Positions 53,884 to 64,000 of a DNA stretch of 64,000 nt are shown here, in pieces. Source of the stretch: Vicinamibacteria bacterium. Lineage in GTDB: Bacteria > Acidobacteriota > Vicinamibacteria > Marinacidobacterales > Marinacidobacteraceae. Within the stretch, counting starts at the first letter, position 1. The number at the start of each line of letters is the position of its first letter. The DNA lies in NCBI GenBank assembly GCA_964291235.2, contig OZ219816.1, positions 1,312,001-1,376,000 on the forward strand, given 5' to 3'. Below the pieces are notes generated by a model. The model was not told where the DNA came from and did no database searches. It saw nothing but the letters and a program-made list of their open reading frames with translations. The translations under genes were made by a program, and so were the position numbers.

Positions 53884-55923
53884 CTAGCGACGGGAGGGGA
53901 TCTCTCCCCTGGTAACCCGACCTCGAGTGAAGGCCCGCCGGGAACGGGTGGGGTGGATCTCGGTTCGATCCGCGCCCAGGGCCAACTCCAGCAGTCCTCC
54001 CTCCGAGGTCCTGCCGTCCACTTCCAGGACCGCCGGAGAACCCCGGGCCAACAAGATGTCGGCGGCGGGTTCGTAGCGGATGCGGAACCCCCGTACAAGG
54101 CTGCTCCCGCGTTCAAATCGCGCGCCCTGAAACCCGACCACCGCCCCGAGCGAACCCTCCGGGGTCATTTCCGCTTCGATACGCCCGGCGAAGAGCTTGC
54201 TGTGTTCTCCCGACGATTCCTCGCGCTCGAGTTCAGGACTTCCCGTATAGGCAATCCGTCCTCCCTCCGCCTCGTAATGGAACCGCTCCGACCGCGCCGC
54301 AAAAACGAAGGGGGAGGCGGCGGAATCACCCTCTACCGGGTCACTTCCGCCTGGGGGGATGTCAAGTTCCAGCGAGGTGGCGACGTCACCGGACGCCTCC
54401 AGCGTTCGGCCTTCCGCGTCCACCTTGATTTCGTCCGCAAGGAGCCGGTTCTTGCCGAACAGGAGTCGTACGCCTCCCCGGAAGTCCCCCAGGCCACTCC
54501 CGGTTTCGAGGAGCGCGGTGTCCGCGGTGAGCACCACACCGTCAAATTGTCCCGGCAGCCAGTCGAGCCGTGCAGGAAGAAACCGGGCCGTCAATCCCTC
54601 CCGCGCCTCGATGCGGCTCGGTTCCGCAACAACCAGTCGCAAATCGCCCCCTTCGAGTTCGAGGAGCGACGAATCCACGACGCGCGGGTCTCCTTCCAGA
54701 ACCAGGATGTCGGAACCGTCCCAGCGCGCGGTTTCGGCGGTAGCCGACGCCCGGCCGTAACGCGCCTCGACCCCGCCCTCAAACGCCGCCTCCCGGATCA
54801 GGCCCTGGGGCCCGAGATCAACCTCAAGCGCCGAAGAATCCACCGAAATCAACTGCCGCTGCTCCGGACCGGCCGGAAGGCGGGAGGTCACCTCGCCGGT
54901 CATGGTGAGCCATTCGGGATCTCCCCCGGGGTCGAGAGTCAGGGTCCCCTCGTCTGCCCGGAGCTCCGTTCCCGCTCCCCGGCGAAACGAGAGGTTCTCC
55001 TTCACCAGCACCCGGCGCGGCGTGCGTCCCTCCTCCAGGGTGATCTCCAGTTCGTCACCCCGAAGAACCAACTCGTCGCCGGACGCTCCCGGCGCCGCTT
55101 CGTCGGGAGACTTGCGGAACGTGAGCGCCGTTCCGAACCCGGCCTCGATGGAACGCATCCGGCGCCGTTCCCGGTCGCGATGGGCGGTCACCGATTCCTG
55201 GGAGAAGAGTTGGAGCCGATCCGACTCGATCTCGACGTCGCCGAAGAGCGTCGTGTCCGCCGTCTGTCCGTCGAAGCGCACCCGCTCGGCAACGACCGCA
55301 AGCCCCCCCTCCGTCACCGGAGCCGCGACCACGCCCTGTAGCGAGACGTCCCCGGCGAGTGTTTCGAACTGCATGGACGCGGCAATTCCGATGAAGTCAC
55401 TGCTCTGGAACTGCACCGGATCACGGGACCAGAGTCGGTCCGGCGAGCGCCGGAAATGCAGGTGTGGCCCGGAGAGTTCGAGCCCTTCGACGCTCAGCAG
55501 CGCGTTACCGATGAATTCGACCGCCTCGGTCCGGGGATCGAGGAGCAACTCGTCGGCGGCGACCACCGCGTCCCCGTCCGCGTACACCCCGACCAGGCGC
55601 ACCTCGACGTTCCGAAACCGCTGCTGGCCGTCACTGCGGCCGAGCGCCTCCTCCGCCCTTCCGTGGAGGACAAGCCGACCCTGTTCGTCGTAGCGGGTGA
55701 ACTCGACCTCGGTCGAAACCACCTCTTCCCGCTCAACGGGCACCTCATCGGCGGAACCGAACCACTCCGCCGCCCGCCGTTCGAAGCCCTGCTGGAGGCG
55801 CAGCACCACAAACACCGCAAACCCGAGGAAGGCCAGCACCGTCAGGGCCGGCCCGATCCATCGCGACCAAACCGCCGCCCGACGGCGGCGCGCGCCCTTC
55901 CCGGCGCGGGGCAGTGTCGGCAC
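53884..55923 (-). CDS. Long LptC/LptA-like beta-jellyroll protein
   Basis: N-terminal TM followed by repeated beta-rich units; directly upstream of lptB. Confidence 0.7.
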   Translation of the reverse strand: MPTLPRAGKGARRRRAAVWSRWIGPALTVLAFLGFAVFVVLRLQQGFERRAAEWFGSADEVPVEREEVVSTEVEFTRYDEQGRLVLHGRAEEALGRSDGQQRFRNVEVRLVGVYADGDAVVAADELLLDPRTEAVEFIGNALLSVEGLELSGPHLHFRRSPDRLWSRDPVQFQSSDFIGIAASMQFETLAGDVSLQGVVAAPVTEGGLAVVAERVRFDGQTADTTLFGDVEIESDRLQLFSQESVTAHRDRERRRMRSIEAGFGTALTFRKSPDEAAPGASGDELVLRGDELEITLEEGRTPRRVLVKENLSFRRGAGTELRADEGTLTLDPGGDPEWLTMTGEVTSRLPAGPEQRQLISVDSSALEVDLGPQGLIREAAFEGGVEARYGRASATAETARWDGSDILVLEGDPRVVDSSLLELEGGDLRLVVAEPSRIEAREGLTARFLPARLDWLPGQFDGVVLTADTALLETGSGLGDFRGGVRLLFGKNRLLADEIKVDAEGRTLEASGDVATSLELDIPPGGSDPVEGDSAASPFVFAARSERFHYEAEGGRIAYTGSPELEREESSGEHSKLFAGRIEAEMTPEGSLGAVVGFQGARFERGSSLVRGFRIRYEPAADILLARGSPAVLEVDGRTSEGGLLELALGADRTEIHPTRSRRAFTRGRVTRGEIPSRR

Positions 55924-55928
55924 GCGAG

Positions 55929-56984
55929 TCAGCCCGTGCCCGCCGACTGGTAGCCGGCGGCGCCGCTTTCCCCGGCTCCCCTCTCCCCCGGGGGCGGCGC
56001 GTCCCCGGATCGCTGGACCGGCGCCTCCTCGAGTCCAATGTTCCCCATGCTCCGAAACTTCTGGTAGCGCGCCTGCCGGAGTTCGGCTTGGGGAACTTCG
56101 CCGAGGACGCGTAGCGCGGACCGCAACCGCTCGCCGAGGATCGCCGCTGCCGCGTCGTGGTCCGCGTGCGCTCCTCCCGGAGGTTCCGGAACGATCTCGT
56201 CGATCAGGCCGTTCTTCAGGTGCTCGGGAGCGGTGATGCGCATGCGGGCCGCGGCTTCCTCGGTCGCCGCGAAGGCGCGCTCCGGATCCTTCCAGAGGAT
56301 GGCGGCACACCCTTCCGGCGAAATCACGGAGTAGATCGCGTTCTCCATCATCAGGATGCGATCACCCACCGCGATCCCCAGGGCTCCGCCGCTACCGCCC
56401 TCGCCGATGATCGCCACCACCACCGGAACTTCGAGTCGCGCCATTTCGCGCAGATTCAGGGCGATCGCCTCGGCCTGTCCACGCTCTTCGGCCTCGATGC
56501 CGGGAAAGGCCCCCGGCGTATCCACGAGCGCGATGATCGGCCGACCGAACTTCTCCGCCATTTTCATGAGCCGGAGCGCCTTCCGGTACCCCTCGGGCCG
56601 CGGCATGCCGTAGTTGCGATGAATCCGTTCCGCGGTATCGCGCCCCTTCTGTTGCCCGATCACCATCACCGGCTGCCCCGAAAGCCATGCCGGGCCTCCC
56701 ACGACGGCCGGATCGTCCGCATAGCGCCGGTCGCCGTGAACCTCCGTGAAGTCCGTAAATATCCGCTTCAGATAGTCGAGCGTGTAGGGACGTTCGGGAT
56801 GGCGCGCCACCCGCACCCGCTGCCACGGCGTCAGACCCGCATAGATGCGCTGACGCCGCCGCAACAGTTCGCGCTCAAGTCCGGCAATTTCCGCCGAATG
56901 ACTGTCGGGATACCCGGTAAGTGCTTCGATTCGCTGAACAATCGCCTGGATGTCGGCTTCGAAGTCGAGAAACTCGCGCTGCAC
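55929..56984 (-). CDS. accA: Acetyl-CoA carboxylase carboxyltransferase alpha
   Basis: [19 protein letters not shown] and GEGGSGGAL. Confidence 0.96.
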   Translation of the reverse strand: MQREFLDFEADIQAIVQRIEALTGYPDSHSAEIAGLERELLRRRQRIYAGLTPWQRVRVARHPERPYTLDYLKRIFTDFTEVHGDRRYADDPAVVGGPAWLSGQPVMVIGQQKGRDTAERIHRNYGMPRPEGYRKALRLMKMAEKFGRPIIALVDTPGAFPGIEAEERGQAEAIALNLREMARLEVPVVVAIIGEGGSGGALGIAVGDRILMMENAIYSVISPEGCAAILWKDPERAFAATEEAAARMRITAPEHLKNGLIDEIVPEPPGGAHADHDAAAAILGERLRSALRVLGEVPQAELRQARYQKFRSMGNIGLEEAPVQRSGDAPPPGERGAGESGAAGYQSAGTG

Positions 56985-57143
56985 GATGGGAAGTCTAGCG
57001 AGGCCCGATCAGGCAAATCCCGTACCACAAGCGATGCATCTTCGGCGTAAGACGCCCACGAGGCGCCGGTTCGCTGTTGGCGGCCGGTGGTGAAACCCAG
57101 CGTGCACCCATTCGCGGCGCGCCAGTTCTCCCGGTCGGAGGTC

Positions 57144-57455
57144 GCAGGATCAACCCGTGGGGGGCGCCCGGAACCACGGATTCGGTGTCCGCGATCTCCT
57201 GGGGCTCATGCGGGGTGCTTTCACCACGGGCTCCTAACGGCCCGTGGCAAAAACCGGAGGGCGCCCATTCGCGGCGCGCAGCGCCACGGGGGTGGGGTGT
57301 GGGGAGGGGTTTCCCCTCCCCGCGAAAGACGATGCTGCGAATCGCATAGCGATTGCAGCATCAACCCGTGGGGAAAGCGCCCCGCGCGCACGGAAACCAC
57401 GGATTCGGTGTCCGCGATCTCCTGGAGCTCATGCGGGGGGCTTTCCCCACGGGCT
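57144..57455. repeat. Two ~90-100-bp direct repeats, each self-complementary (REP/MITE-like)
   Basis: 57144-57232 and 57355-57455 share AACCACGGATTCGGTGTCCGCGATCTCCTGG(G/A)GCTCATGCGGGG, flanked by CCCGTGG...CCACGGG. Confidence 0.8.
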
Positions 57456-57456
57456 G

Positions 57457-60400
57457 CTATCGCGCGAAGTCGGGAGGGAGCCTGCCGTCGAGGCGAAGGG
57501 TGTCCGGCCCCAGCAGATCCCAGGCGTCCCGCGCCAGGTCGCGACAGGGTCGGACCGCAGTCGCCGTCTCGAGGAGGACTTCGATTCCGCGTGCCCGCAC
57601 CCTTAGCAGCAGGGGTCTTCCGCCCGGGTATTTCGCGAGCAGTTCCTCAAGGACGCTCCCCAGTCGTTCGGGTTCGCGAACCAGGAGTTCCACCCGGCGG
57701 GCCAACCGGTAGGGCGCCTCGTCGGCGAGCAGGAGTTCGTGCGCGTGCAGTTCGGCCTGTTGCCGGGAGCGCCGGCCCTTGTCGCCGGATCGCGCTGACT
57801 CACGCCGGAAGACTCCCCTGACCAGCGCCACGGGCTCGCTCTCGAGCGGCGGGCAGGTGCTCCACATCTCCGGGAACGCCACCACGGGGATCGACCCCGT
57901 TTCGTCCTCGACGATGAATCTGCCCATCGCGCGGCCGGCTCTCGTGGCTCGCTTCCGAAGCTCCCGAACGAGTCCCACAACCCCCACCTCCGCCTTGTCC
58001 CCGGTCGCCAGCACCGCCTTCACCGGGCCGGTGACCACGTTCTTGAGCGCCGCGCGGTATTCCGTTGCCGGATGCCCTTCCCAGAAGAAGCCGAGCGCGT
58101 CCTGTTCGCGCCGCAACCGCTCCGCATCGGTCCAGGCTTCGGCATCGGGGAAGACATCCACGGGAGCCTCGTGGGCGGCGCCGAACAGGGACTGTACGCC
58201 GGCGCTCTGGCGGCCGCGCGCCCGATTCGCCGCCTCCAGGGCGCCCGGGATGGCTGGCAGGATCCGCCACCGGGGAACCCGGAGAAAATCGAGCGCGCCC
58301 GCGCAACAGAGCGCTTCGACGGCCCCCCGGTTGAGCGTCTTCGGTTCGACGCTTTCCAGGAAATGGGCGAGCGACTCGAAATCCCCGCATTCGCGTCTCG
58401 CCCGTTCAATCTCCCGCGCGGCACGGGTGCCGACCTGTTTGACCGCTTCCAGGCCGTAGCGGACTGCCTTGCCCTCCACGAGCGCTTCGGCGCCACTTCG
58501 TCGTACATCGGGGGGGAGCACGGGTATTCCGACGGCCTGGGCGCTCTTGCGGATCCGGGCAATGCGCTCGTCCTTGTCACCGGAACGGTGTCCGGCAGTG
58601 AGCAGCGACGCCAGGAAATGGAGCGGGAAGTGGGTCTTCAGCCAGCCGGCAACGTAGGCAACCACCGCGTAACCCACGGCGTGCGATCGGTTGAACCCGT
58701 ACCCGGCGAACTTTGCTATCTGTTGGAACGTCTCCTCGGCGACCCGACGATCGAGCCCGCCGGCTACCGCGCCTTCCACGAAGCGCCCTTCCTCGCTGCG
58801 CATCACCTCCGGATCCTTCTTGCCCATCGCCTTCCGCAGGATGTCCGCCTGGCCAAGCGAATACCCTGCCAGGTTCTGGGCGGCCAACATGACCTGCTCC
58901 TGGTACACGATGAGCCCGCGCGTCTCGGGGAACAGGGCGCGCACGCGGTGGTCCAACTTGTCGGACAAACCGCCCTTTTTCTTGGCGGCCACGAAGTCCG
59001 CCGCCATTCCGCTCTCCAGCGGACCGGGGCGGTAGAGCGCGTTGAGCGCCGCCAGATCATCGAGATTCTCCGGTTTGTAGCTGGAGAGGAGTTCGCGCAT
59101 CCCGCGGCTTTCGAACTGGAAGATCCCGTCCGTCTCCGCCCGTGAAAACAGAGCGAACGTGTCGGGATCGGGCGGCACCTTCTCGAAGTGGCCGTCCTGG
59201 ATGAGATCAAGCGCCGAAACCTCCTCCGGGCTCGGAGCGGTATCGGCATCATCCGCAATCCGCCGGGCGCAGTCGTCGATCTGGGTGAGGTTGCGGAGCC
59301 CCAGGAAGTCCATCTTGAAGAGCCCGATCGCCTCGCAGTCCTTCATGTCCCACTGCGTGCGGCGGCGGACGGCTGCCGACGCGGGATCCCCGGTGGTGCG
59401 GGCGGAACCGGACTTCTTGACCGCCACATCGCGGTAGAGCGGCAGAATGTCTTCGAGCGGCTCGGGCGAGATGACGACCCCGGCGGCGTGCGTGCCGACG
59501 TTGCGAGGCAGCCCCTCGAGTCGTTCGGCGAGTTCAAAGAGCCGCTGGAACTGCGGATCTGCCCGCGCTTCCCGGAGTGCCGGAACCCTGTCGAAAGCAT
59601 CGCTGAGGCTCGTCAAGTCCGGGATCAGCTTGGCCAGCCGGTCCACCTCCGGCGGGGGCAGCTCCAACATGCGGCCGACATCCCGGACCACCAGTTTGGC
59701 CTTCATGCTCCCCAAGGTCATGATCTGGGCCACCCGGTCGTTCCCATAGCGTTCGGTGACGTATTCCAGGACTTCTTCGCGCCGGAACTCGCAGAAATCC
59801 ACGTCGATGTCCGGAGGGCTCACCCGGTCCGGATTCAGGAAACGCTCGAACAGGAGGCCGTGGGCGAGAGGGTCGATGTCGGTGATGCCGAGTGCGTAGG
59901 CGACGAGGCTTCCCGCCGCCGACCCCCTGCCCGGCCCCACGGGTATCCGACGCTCCCGCGAGAAGCGCACGAAGTCCTCAACGATCAGAAAATAGGCGGA
60001 ATAGCCGGTTTTCTGGATGACATCGAGTTCCATCCGAAGCCGGTCTTCGTAGTCTGGCCGGGGAGGGCGCTTGCCGTGGACCTCCGCGGATTCGAGTCGC
60101 CACGCCAGCCCTCGCGCCACGGATTCCTCCAGGGTGCCGGCCAGGGTCTTCCCCTCCGGCACCTCGAAATGCGGAAGCAGGCTGCGCTCCTTTTCGACGA
60201 AATCAAAGTCCTCGACCTGCTCGGCGATCTCGACAGTGTTGCGGTAGGCGTCGGGACATCCCTCGAATACCGTTTCCATCTGTTCCGAGGTCTTGAAGAA
60301 GAACTGGTCCGAATGGAACTTCAAGCGTCGCGGGTCGCTCGCCGCACGGTTGACGCTGATACAAAGACGCAGGTCGTGGGCCTCGGCGTCCTCGGGCGAC

Positions 60401-61086
60401 GCATAGTGCGAGTCGTTCGTGCCGACCAGGGGAATGCCGGTCCGGCGCGAGACCTCGATCACTCCGTCGCGGATGCGCTGTTCCAATTCGGAGAGCCGCT
60501 CGCCTTCGGGCGCCGCGCCCCCCGGCGGGGTGTGGTCCATGAGTTCGAGGTAGTAGTTCCCTTTCCCGAAGACCTCCTGGTACCGCCCCGCCCACTCGAC
60601 GGGGTCTCCCCCCGTCGTCACCTCGCGGGGCACGATTCCCTTGGGACATGCCGAAAGAGCGATCAGCCCCTCGTGATGTTTCTCGAGGAGAGCGAAATCC
60701 ATGCGCGGCTTGAAATAGAAGCCCTCCGAGTGGGCGATCGAGCTGAGGCGCATCAGGTTCTGAAACCCGATCCGATTCTTGGCTAGCAGGACCAGATGCT
60801 GATTCTCCGAATCCGGGTTCTGTTCGCGCCGGTCACCCGGTGCGACGTACGCCTCGCACCCCAGAATGGGCTTCACGCCTACCTCTCGGGCCGCCGCGTG
60901 GAACTTCAGCGCCCCGAACAGGTTTCCGTGGTCGGTGATGGCCACCGCGGGCATCCCGTCCTGCTCGGCCATCCGGGTAACCTCCGAAAGGCGGCTCATC
61001 CCGTCCAGCAGCGAGTACTCGGTGTGGGTGTGGAGATGTACGAACGGGCGCCGCCCATTCCGGCCCCTCGGGGCAGCGTCGCTCAA
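57457..61086 (-). CDS. dnaE: DNA polymerase III alpha subunit
   Basis: HLHTHTEYSLLDG, GRGSAAGS, PDIDVDF, KMDFLGL and YGFNRSH. Confidence 0.97.
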   Translation of the reverse strand: MSDAAPRGRNGRRPFVHLHTHTEYSLLDGMSRLSEVTRMAEQDGMPAVAITDHGNLFGALKFHAAAREVGVKPILGCEAYVAPGDRREQNPDSENQHLVLLAKNRIGFQNLMRLSSIAHSEGFYFKPRMDFALLEKHHEGLIALSACPKGIVPREVTTGGDPVEWAGRYQEVFGKGNYYLELMDHTPPGGAAPEGERLSELEQRIRDGVIEVSRRTGIPLVGTNDSHYASPEDAEAHDLRLCISVNRAASDPRRLKFHSDQFFFKTSEQMETVFEGCPDAYRNTVEIAEQVEDFDFVEKERSLLPHFEVPEGKTLAGTLEESVARGLAWRLESAEVHGKRPPRPDYEDRLRMELDVIQKTGYSAYFLIVEDFVRFSRERRIPVGPGRGSAAGSLVAYALGITDIDPLAHGLLFERFLNPDRVSPPDIDVDFCEFRREEVLEYVTERYGNDRVAQIMTLGSMKAKLVVRDVGRMLELPPPEVDRLAKLIPDLTSLSDAFDRVPALREARADPQFQRLFELAERLEGLPRNVGTHAAGVVISPEPLEDILPLYRDVAVKKSGSARTTGDPASAAVRRRTQWDMKDCEAIGLFKMDFLGLRNLTQIDDCARRIADDADTAPSPEEVSALDLIQDGHFEKVPPDPDTFALFSRAETDGIFQFESRGMRELLSSYKPENLDDLAALNALYRPGPLESGMAADFVAAKKKGGLSDKLDHRVRALFPETRGLIVYQEQVMLAAQNLAGYSLGQADILRKAMGKKDPEVMRSEEGRFVEGAVAGGLDRRVAEETFQQIAKFAGYGFNRSHAVGYAVVAYVAGWLKTHFPLHFLASLLTAGHRSGDKDERIARIRKSAQAVGIPVLPPDVRRSGAEALVEGKAVRYGLEAVKQVGTRAAREIERARRECGDFESLAHFLESVEPKTLNRGAVEALCCAGALDFLRVPRWRILPAIPGALEAANRARGRQSAGVQSLFGAAHEAPVDVFPDAEAWTDAERLRREQDALGFFWEGHPATEYRAALKNVVTGPVKAVLATGDKAEVGVVGLVRELRKRATRAGRAMGRFIVEDETGSIPVVAFPEMWSTCPPLESEPVALVRGVFRRESARSGDKGRRSRQQAELHAHELLLADEAPYRLARRVELLVREPERLGSVLEELLAKYPGGRPLLLRVRARGIEVLLETATAVRPCRDLARDAWDLLGPDTLRLDGRLPPDFAR

Positions 61087-61093
61087 GCGAGCC

Positions 61094-62638
61094 TCACTCC
61101 CACTCGATGGTGCCGGGCGGTTTCGAAGTGATGTCCAGCACCACCCGGTTGACTCCCCGCACCTCGCCGGTAATCCGGTTGGATACCCGGACCAGAAGTT
61201 CGTGGGGCAGCGCCGCCCAGTCGGCCGTCATCCCGTCCCGACTCTCAACCGCCCGGATGACCGCCACCCGCTCGTAGGTCCGGGCGTCTCCCATGACTCC
61301 CACCGTGCGCAGGGGCAAAAGCACCACAAACGCCTGCCAGACCCGGTCGTAACAACCCGCCGCCCGGATCTCCTCCTCGAGGATCGCGTCCGCCTCGCGC
61401 AGGACCTCGAGTCCGGATCGTTCGACAGACCCCAACATCCGCACCGCCAGGCCCGGGCCGGGGAAGGGATGGCGGTCCACGAGTCCGTCCGGTGCCCCCA
61501 ACTGCCGTCCCAACACGCGCACCTCGTCCTTGAAGAGTTCGCGAAGGGGTTCGATCAGTCGAAGCCGCATCCGCTTCGGCAACCCGCCCACATTGTGGTG
61601 GCTCTTGATGACCGCCGAGGGGCCCTTTACCGAGACGCTCTCGATAACGTCGGGATAGAGCGTCCCCTGGGCCAGGAAGTGCACATCCGGAATCTCCCGG
61701 GATGCCTCCTCGAAGACCCGGATGAACTCGCGCCCGATGATCTTCCGTTTCCGTTCCGGGCTGCGCACTCCCTTGAGGCGGGTGAGGAAGCGGTCCGCGG
61801 CGTCCACGACCTGGAGCGGAATCCCGAGGCCCTTCTCGAAGTCCGCTCGAACCCTCTCGGCCTCTCCCTTCCGCAGCACTCCGTTATCCACGAAGATACA
61901 GTGGAGACGGTCCCCGATCGCCCGGTGGACGAGCATGGCGGTGACGGTCGAATCCACCCCGCCCGACGCCCCGCAGACCACCTGTCCCTCCCCGACCTGG
62001 CTCCGAATGGCGGCCACCGTGCGCTCCGCGTGGGACCTCGGGGACCAACCCCCGCGCGCGCCGCACACCTGGAAGGCGAAATTCCGCAAGATCTCGGTCC
62101 CGTGCTCCGTGTGCACCACCTCGGGATGGAACTGCACGCCGTAGAGCCGGCGGTTCGCATTCTCGAACGCTGCGATCCGCGCCTGACCGGTCCCCCCGGT
62201 GCGCCGGAATCCTTCCGGTAGCGCGTGAACCAGATCTCCATGACTGGCCCACGCCCGAAACCGCTCGGGCACACCGTCAAAGAGGCGTCCACTCCCGTCG
62301 TGGCTGAACTCCGCCGGACCATAGGAGCGGCGGGGCGCCGGCCGCACGTCGCCGCCGCTCTCCCGCGCCAGGAGTTGCATTCCGTAACAGACGCCGAGCA
62401 CTGGTACCGGCGCCTCGAAAACGCCGTGCGGAGCGGCCGGGGCACCCTCCCCGTACACGCTCTCCGGTCCCCCGGAAAGCACCACTCCCACGGGCTTTCG
62501 CTCCCAGATCTCCTGCTCGGGGGCGGTGCACGGGAGAATTTCGCAGTACACCCCCAGTTCACGGAGCCGCCGGGCGATCAGCTGGGTGTATTGCGAGCCG
62601 AAATCGAGGACGAGAAGCGACTCAGCGGGGGCCATCAC
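61094..62638 (-). CDS. guaA: GMP synthase (glutamine-hydrolysing)
   Basis: LDFGSQYTQLIARR, GVCYGMQ, SGGVDS, IKSHHNVGG and KPPGTIEWE. Confidence 0.97.
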   Translation of the reverse strand: MMAPAESLLVLDFGSQYTQLIARRLRELGVYCEILPCTAPEQEIWERKPVGVVLSGGPESVYGEGAPAAPHGVFEAPVPVLGVCYGMQLLARESGGDVRPAPRRSYGPAEFSHDGSGRLFDGVPERFRAWASHGDLVHALPEGFRRTGGTGQARIAAFENANRRLYGVQFHPEVVHTEHGTEILRNFAFQVCGARGGWSPRSHAERTVAAIRSQVGEGQVVCGASGGVDSTVTAMLVHRAIGDRLHCIFVDNGVLRKGEAERVRADFEKGLGIPLQVVDAADRFLTRLKGVRSPERKRKIIGREFIRVFEEASREIPDVHFLAQGTLYPDVIESVSVKGPSAVIKSHHNVGGLPKRMRLRLIEPLRELFKDEVRVLGRQLGAPDGLVDRHPFPGPGLAVRMLGSVERSGLEVLREADAILEEEIRAAGCYDRVWQAFVVLLPLRTVGVMGDARTYERVAVIRAVESRDGMTADWAALPHELLVRVSNRITGEVRGVNRVVLDITSKPPGTIEWE

Positions 62639-62895
62639 AACAAATCCGCTCCCGCCGCCGCTCCTCGCGCCGCCGGAATTCGGCGGTGCGCCGCAGGCCG
62701 CCCGACTCGCCGGCCCGCGGCCGGCGATGCCATCCCGAGGGTTGGCCCCGTCCTTCCCCCGGAGACTTCCTCGGAGCGCGCCATCCGCGTGAATTGTAAG
62801 CGCGGGGATTCACTCAGCCCCCCGTCTTGCCGAGAGAAATCCTGTCCCCGCCGGCAAGGAGAAGCCTGCCGGTGGACTCCCGGTGGCCGCCCCTC

Positions 62896-64000
62896 TCAGG
62901 AAGAGGCGCCCGTCCGGGGGCCGAAGACGGCCAGCCGGCCGTCCCGGAGACCGAGGAACAGTCGGCGGTCTCGCCAACCGTCCTCCCGGGCGCCATCCCC
63001 CAGGCGGCGCACCACCCCGAGAACTTCGGATTCCAGGTCGCGAGGCCGACCGATCCGCTGTCCCGTCTCCCCGTTCACCTCCACGAGCAATCCGTCCTGG
63101 GTGACGACGAGGATGGCGCCCGCCATCCGCAGTGGCGAAGCCGCGGGCCGGCCCGGAAGCGCGGCCCGCCAACGCTCCCCGCCCCGCCTCGCGTCGAAGC
63201 AGTAAAGGCTGTTCGCCTTGGTCGCGGCGTAAAGGCGCCCACGACTCAGGAGCGGTGGATGATGGAACCCCTCCGCAAGCCTCCACCGCCACCGCTGCCG
63301 CCCGGTCTCCAGATCGACCGCGGTGAGATCACCGCCCTCATCTCCCACGATCGCGAGCCGATCGTCCGCAGACACGAGCCCCGGTCCGGTCACCGGGCCG
63401 GCGCCCTCGACCTGCCAGCGGATGGCGCCCGATGGAGACACGGCGACGGCGCCGCCGCTTCCCAGCGAGACCAGAAGCACCGATGAAGCGTCTGCCGCGG
63501 ACTCCGCCGCTCCGGCCGCCACCACTACGCGGCTGGGTTCTCCCGCCGGCAGCGGGACCTCCAGGACCGGGTCTCCTGCCGGGATGCGGTAGCCGCGGAG
63601 TGTCCCGCCGGAAACCCAGTAGAGCGTCGTCCCGGCCAGCGCGGCGGGCACGGGACCTCCCCCCGCCCCGCCGAGGTCCCCATCGGGTGGCAAACCGGTC
63701 GCAAAACCACCGACCCGCACCCCATCGAGGACCCGGCGAAGCGTTACCTCGCCATGCCTGTCGAGGAGCGCCACGGTTTCCGCGTCCTCAGCGATCCCGA
63801 CGAAGGCGGCACCGGCCCCCGGCAGGCCCCAGCGGGTTTTCTCCGCGTCCGGTTCGTAGGCGATCACCGCGCCGCCAGCCGTCTGGACGAGGAATCCGTC
63901 GTCCCCAAAGACCATCGCGCTGATGACACTTCCCGGAACGGGCGCCGGGGCGCTCAGCATGCGGCCCGGGAGAATTCCAGCCGGCGCCGCGGCGATCCCC
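62896..64000 (-). CDS. PQQ-like/BamB-type beta-propeller protein (probably runs off the right edge)
   Basis: Blades such as LTAVDLETGRQRW and LYCFDARRGGERW; the frame is open to the window end. Confidence 0.75.
   Translation of the reverse strand, partial: GIAAAPAGILPGRMLSAPAPVPGSVISAMVFGDDGFLVQTAGGAVIAYEPDAEKTRWGLPGAGAAFVGIAEDAETVALLDRHGEVTLRRVLDGVRVGGFATGLPPDGDLGGAGGGPVPAALAGTTLYWVSGGTLRGYRIPAGDPVLEVPLPAGEPSRVVVAAGAAESAADASSVLLVSLGSGGAVAVSPSGAIRWQVEGAGPVTGPGLVSADDRLAIVGDEGGDLTAVDLETGRQRWRWRLAEGFHHPPLLSRGRLYAATKANSLYCFDARRGGERWRAALPGRPAASPLRMAGAILVVTQDGLLVEVNGETGQRIGRPRDLESEVLGVVRRLGDGAREDGWRDRRLFLGLRDGRLAVFGPRTGASS

Noticed and set aside
57457-61086. Intein or split in dnaE or dnaE2
   Set aside because: Lengths are normal and only short loop insertions are present; no intein termini seen.

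Overview
High-GC bacterial chromosome window in two parts, divided by a 28-bp dif-like XerC/XerD site at 26604-26631 (ACTTCCGATAA-TGATGC-TTATGTAAAGT). By eye the + strand switches from G-rich to C-rich at this site, which suggests the replication terminus. The gene context tentatively suggests Acidobacteriota. LEFT (1-26603) is a plasmid-like conjugative element of at least 26 kb, transcribed almost entirely away from dif. It carries a putative Rep with five 22-bp iterons, a RepB'-type primase behind a (GT)12 tract, two ArdC paralogs, a replication-relaxation-type relaxase with an in-frame TAG, a VirB2/3/4/9/10/5/6/8/11-VirD4 T4SS, a putative oriT, ParA plus an RHH partner, five CATAC(C/G)GTATG-rich clusters and an AbiEii-type toxin pair. 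No integrase or tRNA is visible, so it looks like an element exploiting host XerCD (IMEX). The rep frame stays open through the XerC arm and spacer and is closed by the XerD arm, so integration may decapitate rep. RIGHT (26632-64000) is core chromosome: a redox operon with two probable selenoproteins (peroxiredoxin-like UxxC and OsmC-like), parAB, miaB, recN, tol-pal, a two-OB-fold SSB, lexA-imuA-imuB(frameshifted)-dnaE2, ptsI-ptsH-EIIA-rpoN-lptB-lptC/A, accA, dnaE, guaA and a partial beta-propeller protein. All calls come from reading the sequence; no database searches were run.
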